Below, in pieces: positions 10,740 to 22,033 of a stretch of 64,000 bases of DNA. The stretch is from Basidiobolus meristosporus CBS 931.73 (lineage: Eukaryota > Fungi > Basidiobolomycota), in the NCBI GenBank assembly GCA_002104905.1, contig MCFE01000120.1, positions 1 through 64,000 of the forward strand, in the 5' to 3' direction. The notes under the pieces are model-generated. The model did no database searches. It worked only from the letters and a program-made list of their open reading frames with translations, and was not told the DNA's origin. Numbering within the stretch: position 1 is the stretch's first letter; each line of letters opens with the position of its first letter. The position numbers were made by a program, and so were the translations under genes.

Positions 10740-13500
10740 CCACTCGATTTACCTATCATACACGGCAATCTTGGTGTGGGCCAAGCACCGTCGAGGCCAA
10801 TCAAGCGGCTGGGAAATCGGATTCATGCTGCACATCGAAGCAAGCGTGCCAATCAGCCGAGCCAACCCGTTGGAACATCACGGTTATGTAATGTCCGCCA
10901 TTATTGGGATGGCTGGTACGTACATACTGTGCGGTGATGTCGTACTGCAGCTTTGGTGCCTAATAAATGGTGCTGATCCATAGCCATCGATGAGCCACAC
11001 CTTCCGAGACACCTGGGCGTCCATTCTCTGGCTCCTGCCACCAAAATGCAAGCTGATCCACAGGTGGGCGGGCCATGCAGACCTTGACAACCAGCCCGCC
11101 CCGCCACCTGGACCCGCTCGACCTTAAGGTTGCCCTGACCATCCACCCTAGTCGCCTGGCGACCGACGCGTCCATCAATGCCTACCAAATCCCCTTGCGA
11201 AAGAACGGCTGCTGTTTCACGAAACATCCGGCAAATACCTTCACATGGCCAGTACATAGTTTGTTTCACAGCGGGCAGTAACTGGAATGAACCTTCCCCA
11301 GCGTAGAAACCTAACTAAGGGAGTGGTGTGATTCAAAACCATGGGTGGGACATCCGCTCATTGGTACTGCCCTAGGAATGGGTGAGACCAGTTCTGGATT
11401 CGTTCGTTTCCCCTCACCACTGGAGAATCCGTTGTCGCCGGTCGTTGTGGGATGTCACTTGCTCAGTCGCCCGACGGAACCAAAACACTGGCGATACAAG
11501 TGGAGGACACGAGCTATCCTCCCGGATTTGCGACGGCACGTAGCAATCGGCCTGGTCAAGGGTGGTCGGATACCGGACGCTCGTTGGCTGAACGTTCCTG
11601 GCGGTAATTCGTCCGTGGCTCATGGTACATTCCCCAAGGGGCAACCTCAACCACCAGGTTTTGGTTTACCATCATGGAAGGCTTCCATGGAGCATCCATC
11701 TGGAACAACCAAGTGACAACGGACCAGGCCGAGCACTCCAACCTGGCGTCAATTAATCTGGAGGTGCACAGGTATCAGATTAGTCCGACTTGGCTCTTCG
11801 AAACCGTGGCATTCTCCCAGCCGGATCCCACTCAAACCAGTCCGGCGGATCCTACCAAGGGAAAGCGTGGAGCAGACTACCCCTTTCATGGTTGAGGATG
11901 GATGTGAATTGGTGACCGACGACGTTGTCATACAACAACCTTGACTATGATTCACTCCCCCAAATCTACCCATCCCAGCCGGTTTGAAGCCCCCTATTTG
12001 GGACTCTAAATTAGTCCCTTACCACCTGGCCCTATTATGGGAAGCTTTTGGGCTGGGCGAGGGGATGCGCAGTGGCAGTCCCAATATCGGGTACATCTCT
12101 AATGGCTGCCCCTCTGGTCCAGCCAAAATTCGCCTCATACGCGCATTGGCGTTGGTTGGGATGTTGGTTCTGCCCCATCCTTCAATGGTCGCCATTCCAT
12201 CCGCCGAATGGGTGTTGGCCGTGATTTCGCTGGGTTTAGTGAGGGGGGGGGGAAGTCCAGTAGGTCGGAGTTTCCCGAATTCGCCATGCTTTTCACACAC
12301 GTCTCACGCCTGGAGAAACCCCTGGAATTCAATCCAATCGTCCAGCCAGCTGGGTTCTTGGGGTGGATGAGGTCAGCAGTTACCCCTTGTCCTGACCAAC
12401 GGATGGCTGATGAACTACTCTGAATCCCTGATCAGGGCCGGTTTTGGACCACCCGGAGGGCGGTCCTATTGGTGGATGCAGGGATGTCAGGGATCCATCG
12501 CCTATGCGACCACGCCCACGCCCACAGACCGAAAATCCCACCCACCAGCCATAGAAGGGTTGGGATCCATGGGTTGATTAGACAGCTCGATCGCCGGACA
12601 CGGTGGTATTGGAAATGACTCGTGTCGAGATCACAGGTGGGCATTTGTGGCACTGGCCAGGCGGGAAAATGAACTGAATACTGCCTCCATCCCCGAGAGG
12701 TCTCAAGAGGCGGTCATGGTTGGTTAGGATACCAAGACCCCACCGGGAGCTTGGTTCAGTGTGGCCCCGTCGCAGCCGTCTTGCCTGGCCGGCGCATTTT
12801 CCATCCTGCCAATCTAGTGGCTAGTTCGGCCGGCAGGATGCATAAGGGAACCCACCCAGTTTCCGTGTCTTCCCAGCGCAAGGTTTGGATGAACACCTTG
12901 TCAAAGCCAACCCAGAATCCTACTTCGACTGGACCTAAAAGTCCCAAATCATCTCGACCAGGGGAGATATTTATGCATGCTACCTCCCGAAAATCCTGCC
13001 ACACAACCATGGTCTATACGGCAGAATCACAAAGCCCAACTACTGGCCTTCTCTTGGGTTGTGGTCCGGACAAACGTTCATACAATGGTGGATCCTTATG
13101 ATACGGATGATGGTAATCTCTGGGTCTCAGCTTGTTGCACACAGGGTTTGGGTGCATCTGTGTGGGTTGGATGGTCTCCACTACCTCCACGGATACAAGA
13201 ATCCAAAAGTTGGCAACCCGTTAACAAGGAAACTTTCAAGTCACTGTGGTTGATGATTTACCAGTAACCCGCTCACTGCATACAATGGATGAACCTGTCT
13301 GCTCTGGAGATCATGCTTTCAGTCATTTCAAAACACTTGAGACTGGCCAAGTGGTGTATCCTACCTAATGCTGGACCAATTGATTCTCAACATGTTCTGT
13401 CTGAAGTTGAATTGTCTTTGGCACGTGTCCCTGACTGCTATTTTTTCATGGGTTTGGGATGGTCATTGAGTGCATGGTGTGACCACCAAGTGGATTGAAA
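10740..13500 (+). pseudogene. Frameshifted, internally deleted relic of a ryanodine-receptor-like Ca2+ channel gene (N-terminal part only)
   Basis: Collinear fragments across frames resemble animal RyR recalled from memory: LTTS..D.L...V.L-TIHP (11084-11149), SGKYLHM (11227-11247), GHPL......M.E to RHVAIG (ORF 11345), ALRNR (11793), SPRY1-like HTRIG...GVGRD (12136-12225), RyR-repeat GPV..R..HP..LV (12763), PAQ (12873), NP...PW..LLAFSW, SPRY2-like Y....G..W...VWVGW (to 13174). Confidence 0.7.
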
Positions 13501-13559
13501 GTGTATGGAGCCTATATCATACTATGCAACAGAAGAATGAGGAGAGAAAGCATGTGCCC

Positions 13560-15890
13560 TCTCCACTTATAAACTCTATTTTTTACTGTTGATGAAGCAA
13601 CACAAATCCTGTGAAATGTTTGTGTTTGATTGTTGCTGAGTGGGGTACTTTATGGCATCACAATTCTTATCTGGCCACACAAGCTTCCTCAGACAAGGTA
13701 TTACTGAAGTATATTTGCAATGTGAGCAATGTGTTCCTCCTGTGGTGGTGGGTTTCTGGCAAGTTTCACCACTTGCAATGGTGACATTTTCCAATGAGAA
13801 TGCCATGCAACTATCTTGGAGAAAAAAATTAGGAAAAGGCCAGCAGAATACTATCACAATATCCACTGAATTCCAAGCTTCTCAACACTGACAACTCCAC
13901 GCTTCTCAGGTACTGGCCTCACAAAGTACCCTCTCCATTTTTTCCCATAGCTGTTATCTTGTTGCATGATGGGATGCTACTAGTACCTGAAATATTGAGA
14001 GTTGTCCCTCTGGGGAGGGTTGAAGTTCAGCTGATATTCTCTGAGCTTCCAATTCTCTAAATCTCAGGCACTAGCTTTAGGCTGACAGGTACATGTATTT
14101 CTCAGGTGGAGTTTTGGTCAACCAGTATTCATACCAAGTTGAGTAGTTAGCTACTCATCATATGTGCCAAAAAATCCAACTAAAATCTTGAAGGAAGTTC
14201 ACCTACTGAATACCTTCAGGATACCAGCATAACATCAGTAGATCATTTATGCAATGCAGGTTTGAAAGAGTGTGCCTACTGAAGATAGCAATCAAGTCTT
14301 TTTAGGCTGTTGGTTAGGTGTGCAACTTGGTACATCTGTAGAGCCACAGATTGACCATAATGCTCTGGCAGATAAGAATGTAGCAAATACAGTAACTTCA
14401 GTATAAGACTAGAAAATAATCATCATATCATCACCCTTGCCAGTATTTGCAATAACATTGACAACTTGTATCATAGCATAGATGGGGCAATTGAGTGGAG
14501 TAACCACATAAGTAGATGTAATGAACCAGAGATATCCAGAATGATATTGGAGATATGATGAGTAGATAGTACATGTAAAGTAATCAATTCTCAAGGAAAG
14601 GATATGGTGAATTTTCTGCAAAGAAGGAGCTCAAACAGCTCTACAACACGCACCTGAATTGAGCCATTGACCAGAGTAACAGCCAAGGAATATTGTATGG
14701 TCTCTAAAGCACAACAACAGTACCCTGAAGTTAAGCAATAGAAAAGCCTTTCACATTATGACAGGGAGAGGTTATCACCTATATCAGAGTGTCTGAATAC
14801 AAAAAGACCCCAGTGATCTGTGAAGATTCTATGTGCAATAATGATCAGTGGGCTCATATTTAAGAGGCTGTGACAACTCTGACATGCATTCACTCAGAGG
14901 TGAGCCGGCCATAGGACTATCAGGAAATAAGGGCCAGGCAGGATCATTATAAAAAGCAACTCTGATAATGCTGCCAGAAGGCCAGCACAAGGCTTAAATC
15001 CCATGACTATGAGGTATTGATGCCATCAGGACACTGTGCAAAAACTGATGGACAAAATTGCAGCTCAAATTCCACAAAAAACACGGTCAAAATTTCTCAT
15101 CACAATGGTTCCTAAGTTACTTTTGCTCCTTTCAATGCAAGCAGATCTCACTTGCTGGAGTGTAGCTAAACTGGCAGAGCTTCATGCTCTTACACATACA
15201 ACTGATCTTGTTGATAAATATTCTAGGCTTTTTGGGCTTCAGTTTGTCACAAGATAAAACATTTACTAGCTAAAGCTGTGGATTTTTTTGTATGCCTCTC
15301 TGTTTCTGGCTTGGATAGCATTTATTTCTTCTTCCTCTACTTTGACCACAGCTAGGCCCTTTGCTGCCACTTTAGCTCAGTGCTTCTTGTATTGTACTAC
15401 ATCTTTTCCTTGATCAATGCAGCACTGGATCATCCGTTTCAGCCTGCTTTCCCCTCATCAGCACTCTTCTGGCAATCAGACACCACTTTGTTACTTGTTT
15501 AGAGCATTCAGCCTAGCCTGTGATGTACTGGTGATGAACCCACCACTTTTAGCCATGGTACCCTATTACTGTGCCATGTGTAATTGCCACTATTCATCAG
15601 ATATCTTCTAAAAATGCAAATGCTGGCCAAACAATATTTCATTGTGCGGACTCTTTGTAATTTTCATGGATCAGGTGAACTGCATTCTTGACAGTCATCA
15701 ATTCCCAAAGCTGCAAGGTATGCAGGCCTTTAGATGCTTACATTCCAGACTTCTTACAATCTATTGACAATCTGCCTACCAATCATACTTGCACTCAGCT
15801 CCCTCACAGATCTCTGATGCACTTGATTTGTAGGCTTTGGTAAACATCTGACAGTGCATGTCTCCTAAACTGCAATAGATATTTGGTGAG
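13560..15890 (-). mobile_element. Decayed CACTA/EnSpm-like remnants
   Basis: 13576-13866 translates to DSCMAFS..C..C...HCSHCKYTSVIPCLRKL, matching the transposase at 26796-27473. 15600-15890 (minus) matches the accessory ORF at 28342-28686 (ICE..EC..D/EW..RSL..HLKA.IP). Confidence 0.6.
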
Positions 15891-15895
15891 CCACA

Positions 15896-18800
15896 TGTTG
15901 TGCATCAACATTTAAAACTTGGCCAATTTCACTCTGTTTGAAAATCTGGTACCCTAACTGATTTCCCCTAACCAAAACCTAACTAATCCCTCTTATGGTT
16001 TTTTTATCACTTCTTAGAATCTATTTTTAGCTGTCACACCTGATCAATTTTCAAGTGGTCCTTATGTCATCAACTAATCTGCTAAGCCTTTCCAAGTGAT
16101 TAGTCATCTAAGACTTATCCAACCACTTAGCAGTTGCCAAGACATCAGCTGATTAATGATGCAACTTTTCATTTATCTCATGCACCTATCAACACCCCAA
16201 CAGATTTCAATTATTCCAGTCTCTTGGTGCTTACTAATGCAACTATATCAGAAAAGTATAAATAAAGTTTACTGAACCTTTTAGTTTAGTGTGCGTCTCA
16301 ACAAAATTAAGAATTCAACAAATCCATTCTAGTTTCTACCCAAGCTTAGCATATCTAGCACTCTCAAGAACACCAAGCCTAGCCTGCATAGTGAACCTAC
16401 TCTGTTGCCTATATAGCCCAACTCAGCTATATATAAGACCAATATTAGACCAGAACATCTCTGCTAATATTTCTGGCACTCTTGACAATTCCAAGATTCT
16501 GCACTTAGTTGTCACTTAGGTTCAGTCAACTCATTCAAGAGTTAATGTCCTCAGTAGCAAGCAATCCAAATCTTTCCCTATTGGAAGAAGCCTGCAGAAA
16601 TCAGGAAGAACTAACTGAACAGCTTGAAAACATCATCCATGAAAGAAACACTTTGATGCTTGAGCACTCAAAGCTTGCCAAGACAAGATCTGATAATCAT
16701 TGCAGAGATGAACTTCTTGAAGTTATTTTTGGTTACCAAGATGAAACTGGAATAACCAAAGAAGCCCTGGAGAATGTTGCCATTGTAATTGACAGTGTTG
16801 AAAATCCACCAAGCCTTGCTCTGCATCAGCTACCAAGAAGTCATGCCTTTGGATCCTCCAGATCTACATCTCCCTCTAGACCTACCTTGATGGCTGTCCC
16901 AAGATCCTTGCCTCTTTATGCTGAAGGTATCAATGCTATAAAGAATCCTACTGAGTTTCTTTACAAGCTTAGTCATGTCTTAGCTGTGCACTAGCTAGAT
17001 CCAGACACAAATTGGGCTAGACTTCTGCCTCTCTGTCCCACCATGCAAGATGCCAACTGGGTTGAGGTGAACGTTCCTTCCAATAGTACATGGAAAGTTG
17101 CCCAGAACCTCTTTTGTGGCCATTTTGAAGGTCCCCTCAAGAAAGCGCATCTAAACTGCAACTTATGGAAAGCTAAAATGTAAAAAGATCAATCTGTGCA
17201 ACACTTCTGTGATAGATTCCAGAGACAAATGAGACTAGCTGGAGTTAGTGATGACAATCCATTGCTTACTTCTCATTTCTTTCAAACTTTTCACTCCAGC
17301 AGCAGAGCAATATTGCTATTGTCAAAGCGTGCAACCCTGCATGTACCTATGACAAAATCTCAGAGATATGTACACTTGCAATTACCATGACTGCAGTTGT
17401 TAGCCAGTCTTCAGGCAACTCCATTGAAGATGCAGCAACAACCGGAAAAGAGAGCAGTAATATGACTAAGTAGAAGTTAACCACTAGCAAGCATTGTGAG
17501 TTTCATGGAAGATGCTATCATTCTACCAGTGAGTGCAAAGGCATCACCAAGCAGTCAAGCAAGTCTGAAAACACGTAAGAGAAGTAGCAAAACACCAAAA
17601 CTGATAATCCATATGCTGATGACAAATGCTTTAAATGTGGAAAGATGGGACATAGATCACCTGCCTGTCCTGAGAAGAACTCTACACCATTGGCAAAGAT
17701 TACTCAGATTTTAGATGATCATTCAACCAATGATATGACAGGGTATGAGGCAGTATATGAAGAACTTACAGCTCAAGATTATCACAACCTCTTTGAAATT
17801 CCAGCTAAAATTGCAACTGCTCAAGAAAAGAAGCAACCAATTGCGCAGCTAAAAGCTATAGAGGTGCCACTCAAACTCAATGGCCAATCATACATGGCAC
17901 CACTGGATACTGGATCATCCAACTCTATTGTATCACCTAATGTGGTCAAAGAACTCAAATTGGCAATAGCAAAGAGACCAGAAAAAATCATACTTGTGGC
18001 TAACAACCTCTTGGCCCCAAGAATTGGCATCTCTAACCCAATCAGCATACACTGTGGTTCAAAACTATAATCCATCAGATGGAAGTTTTTGACATTCCAG
18101 ATGGACCTTAGGTATTCATTGGTCTAGATACCTTCACCAAACCTGGCTTTCACATAGGCAGACTACCAGTTTCATATCCAGGAATCATTAAGTCTCAGAC
18201 ACCCAGAGTGGATCAGATTCCAGAGATTATCTCTCCCCATTGGGAAGTAGAGGAGTCAACCCCAACTTTTCAAGCATATTCTCAATCAAACACATTGGAA
18301 ATTCAGCCTGCCATAGAAAGACACCAAGCCATTCCCAGGAACAGTTTCTGCACTATTCCAGAATCCATTGTTACACTAGAAACCCCACCTGGTGAGTCAA
18401 CATGGAGGAGGCAATACCCAATCCTGCAGTCTTGTCAACACCTGGTTTATGAAATAGTCCAAAAGTGGGCCGACAATGGAATTATCACTCAAGCCTCTGT
18501 CAACACAACATTCAACAACCCTTTGACGGTTGCACCCAAGAAAGATGCTGATGGAAATCTAACTCTGAAGAGACCCTGTTTGGACCCTAGACCTCTGAAC
18601 AAGCTTCTCCATGATGATAAATTCCCAACTCCAAGAATCCAGGATATCTTTTCCTCACTATCAGGCACAGAAGTATTCTCCAAATTGGACTTGAAGGATG
18701 CATATCACCAATTCCAGATCCTTCCTGATCATCAGTGTAAGGCTGCCTTTACTTGGAATAATATGCAATGGATGTTGCAGGAAGCTCCCTTTATCCTAAA

Positions 18801-18970
18801 GACACTGACCAGCAGTTCCAGAGAGTGATGACTATAATACTCAAGAATGCACCATACACCTTAGTATTTGCTGATGATGTCATCATCTTTTCCACAAGCT
18901 GTGATGATCATACAACCCATGTCACTGATGTAATCAATAGACTGACAGCTGCTGGACTGATTCTTTGCTG
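15896..18970 (+). mobile_element. Ty3/gypsy family D (chromovirus), 5' half: LTR 15896-16514, gag, protease, partial RT; decayed
   Basis: LTR TGTTGTGC...GTTGTCA shared with other D copies. Gag fragments, protease LDTGSS, RT KRPCLDPRPLN / LDLKDAYHQ / FADD. Many stops and frameshifts. Confidence 0.9.
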
Positions 18971-18974
18971 TTTT

Positions 18975-19170
18975 GCTCTTGAATATTGAATTAGCAGCTT
19001 GTCTTTAACATTGAGGCAAATGCAGTTAAAGGTACTTTGTTCTTTCTTCTGGTATTTTAAGGCTTCCTCTCCCATGTTTTTAGGAAGGCACTCTTCTCCA
19101 ATGACAGTATCCCAAAGGCCTCTTTCTTGTGGCAGCATCTTCATCTTCACCTTCCATATTATTATTATTA
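18975..19170 (-). mobile_element. Ty1/copia gag N-terminal fragment
   Basis: WKVKMKMLPQERGLWDTVIGEE...ICLNVKD resembles a copia gag N-terminus. Confidence 0.55.
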
Positions 19171-19934
19171 TTATAGTAGGATAATAGTTGTATCCAAGAG
19201 AAAATTGTAATAATACTCTTGAATGATTTGACTTACCTAAGTGCCAACTGGGTGCACAATCTTATATTTTCAGAGAGTGGCTGAAATATCAGCAGAGAAA
19301 TTCTGGTCTAATATTGGTCTTGTATATAGCTGGGTTTGGCTATAAAGGCAACAGAGTTAGTTTCTATGCAGGCTAGGCTTTGTGTTCTTAGGTGTGCTAG
19401 GTATGCTAGGCATGGGTAGGAGCTAGAATGCAATTGTTGAATTCTTAATTTTGCTAAACACATTCCCAATTTTGTTGAGACAAACACTAAATCATAAGGT
19501 CCAGTAAACTTCACTTAGCCTTTTTTGATCAGGCTGAATCAGTAGGCACCAAGAGACTGGACTAGTTATATTCTGTTGGGGTGTTGCCAGGTGCATAAGT
19601 TGACTGAAGATAACATCATCAATCAGCTGATATTTTGGCAACTTCTAAGTTGTTGGATAGATCTCAAATGACTAATCACCTGGGAAGGCTTGGCAGAAGA
19701 GTTTATAATGTAATGGCCACATGAGAACTGATCAGGAGCAACATCTAATGATAGATTCTGAGATAAGATAAAATAAATCATAACTGGTATTAGCTATGTT
19801 TGGGTTAGGGAAAATCAGTTAGGGTATTAGATCTTCTAACATAGTAAAATTGGCTAAGTTTTAAATGTTGATGCACAACATCACTTCCTCCCAGGAAAGG
19901 AGTTTTCTGATACCTTCTTGGCTCCCCTGTGGCT

Positions 19935-20081
19935 TGAATACTGATCAATGATAGCAATATCATCAAAGTTGGTGTAAGCTTTCCAGGTGCTTTTCTGGCA
20001 TCTTAACCTTTCCACTTAACTAAATAAAGGCAGGCAATTTGGTTCTTCTCCATCATGGTCTACAATAGCCTCAACTTCATA
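19935..20081 (-). pseudogene. Chromodomain at the C-terminus of the family D integrase
   Basis: Translates (one frameshift, one stop) as YEVEAIVDHDGEE..YLVKWKG*DARKSTWKAYTNFDDIAIIDQY. Confidence 0.85.
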
Positions 20082-20966
20082 GGATTCAGAAGTAACTGGG
20101 TCTTTGAGATATAAGTTTCAGTGAAGAAAGTAGAGAGTTCTTGGGAAGCACTGCTTCAGTATTGTCTTGAAGTACATAAGATCCTCCAGTTGTATGACTG
20201 ACAGCTTTGAATGGGCCTTCATATTTGGCACCAAGTTAGATTGTTGGATTGGATCTACTTTCATGACATATGAACCATCTGGGACTCTGCTGTTCCTGTG
20301 TCTTGAGGTATATGTTAAGTCATCTTTTGCTGTGAGGCTCTACTTCTGGCACTGATGGCAGAGGAGACAATGTTAGCAAGGTACTCAAGCCAGTACTTTA
20401 GCTTGTCTGCATGCAACTTTGCCAGCTCTATATTATGAAAATCTCTGAAGTGGTTGAATTTTCTTTCAAACATTGAACAAAATGGCATTGATCCATGTGG
20501 AGCAGTAATTTTGGTGTTAACAGCAAACTGTGCAGTGGGTATATACCTGTCCCGATTTTTCTTGATACCATTAGTAGATTTCCTGATGATGTTCACTGAG
20601 GTCTGAGCATTTCTTTCCGCAAGTCTATTAGCTTTTGGATGATATAGAGTTATCAGACTCTGATCAATGGCAATATTCTGGCAAAGGGCTGTGATCATGT
20701 GACCCACAACTTCTGCTCCATTATCTAATTGAATGATCTTTGGGAATCCAAAGAGGCAGAAGAGCTTGAATAGTACTTGTGTAATAGTGGCAGCATACTT
20801 GTCTGGGATAACTTTGAGGAAGCCAAAATGTGTGCAGACATCCACAATTATAAAGAGGTAGTGATTACTAACATCTCTAGTGGTGAGAGGTCCAGCTAGA
20901 GCAATTGCAATATGATCCATCGGAAGGCTTGCATGGATGGGACTCAAAGGGTGAGATCCATAGTGG

Positions 20967-22033
20967 AGTAGTGAGGTCACAGTGCTACTCACTGACCAAT
21001 GTGCCCATTCCATATTTTCTACTTTCCAACTTCTCTACTGCCTTTATTTTTAGTTTTATCCCATTTGTCTTATCTGATCAGAATTATCTCATAAGGCAGC
21101 TTACACAATGCCTGCTTATTCATGGCATGAGTTATCCCTCACCTTATGTAAAATTACTAGATGTGAGGTCTTCTTTATTAGGTAAGTACCTGTGACAGGA
21201 CCCATGACATATGATCAAGCCATGTCATGATCTCTACCATTTTCATTCCATATCTGGAGTCCCTGTGCTACATAGGTCTCAGAATACTGATCCTTGATTG
21301 GATGGATGTGCTGTGCCTCTTAGAACCTTCCAGCATCTACTTAGAACATTCTTGGCTCATTCTGATATCATTGAGATTTCTATTGATTTCTAGAACCTAC
21401 TGGAACAATATGATTAGTAATCACTTAGCTATTAAGAAAAGTATATAAAAGAGGCAATCTCTCATCAGTAAATCATCATCCTTTTATCAATATATCAACT
21501 TGTGGATTAGTGTGATCACTGCCACCTAGTGCCACCTGAACTTCCAGTCCCTGACCACAAGACACTCCCAGGAAGCCAAGCTGAAAGCCAACCAACCTTG
21601 GAGGCACTACTTGCAAGGAATACCCAGAGTAGGTTTCTTTTATTATATATTATTCTTTCCCAAGTTTGTTCTTGTACAGGCAGAGATACTTTTCTGTCTT
21701 TGTAACAATTGACCACAGCTGCATTCTTATCAAGTCCCTGCTGGTGGAGCTTACAGTTGCTCTGACTCTGGAAGCTTTAGTACTGTGCCATTTCATCAGA
21801 CACTGAGCCCAGCACATACTTTTGTTACAACACCAACCAAGGAGGGGATTGTAGCTCAATAGCTCTCCCTTGACAAGCTTGTGGCATTGTTTCCCTTCAC
21901 ATTGTAGTAGAAACAGAACCCAAGTATTCCTGGCAAGCTTTTGCAGGAGGTTATTACAGTCAGCAACATCCCACACTCAACACACTTGAGAATTGCTGGA
22001 CATATCTCCCCCTTGAACTTATACACCACTGCA
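20967..22033 (+). mobile_element. Diverged solo LTR of family B
   Basis: Homologous over its length to LTR 32929-33998. Flanks GTGG / GCAG are both single-step decays of GCGG. Removing the LTR plus one 4-bp copy restores the host integrase frame (NISRYGSHP). Confidence 0.88.

Noticed and set aside
11152-11175. LATDAS resembling a retroelement RNase H motif (DIRS idea)
   Set aside because: No RT, tyrosine recombinase or terminal repeats nearby, and the same frame carries the RyR-like LTTS/TIHP motifs.
10901-11269. Minus-strand ORF with an SSB-like stretch (AAVLSQGDLVGIDGRV)
   Set aside because: It is antisense to the best RyR-like motifs and lacks the rest of an OB fold; most likely a shadow frame.
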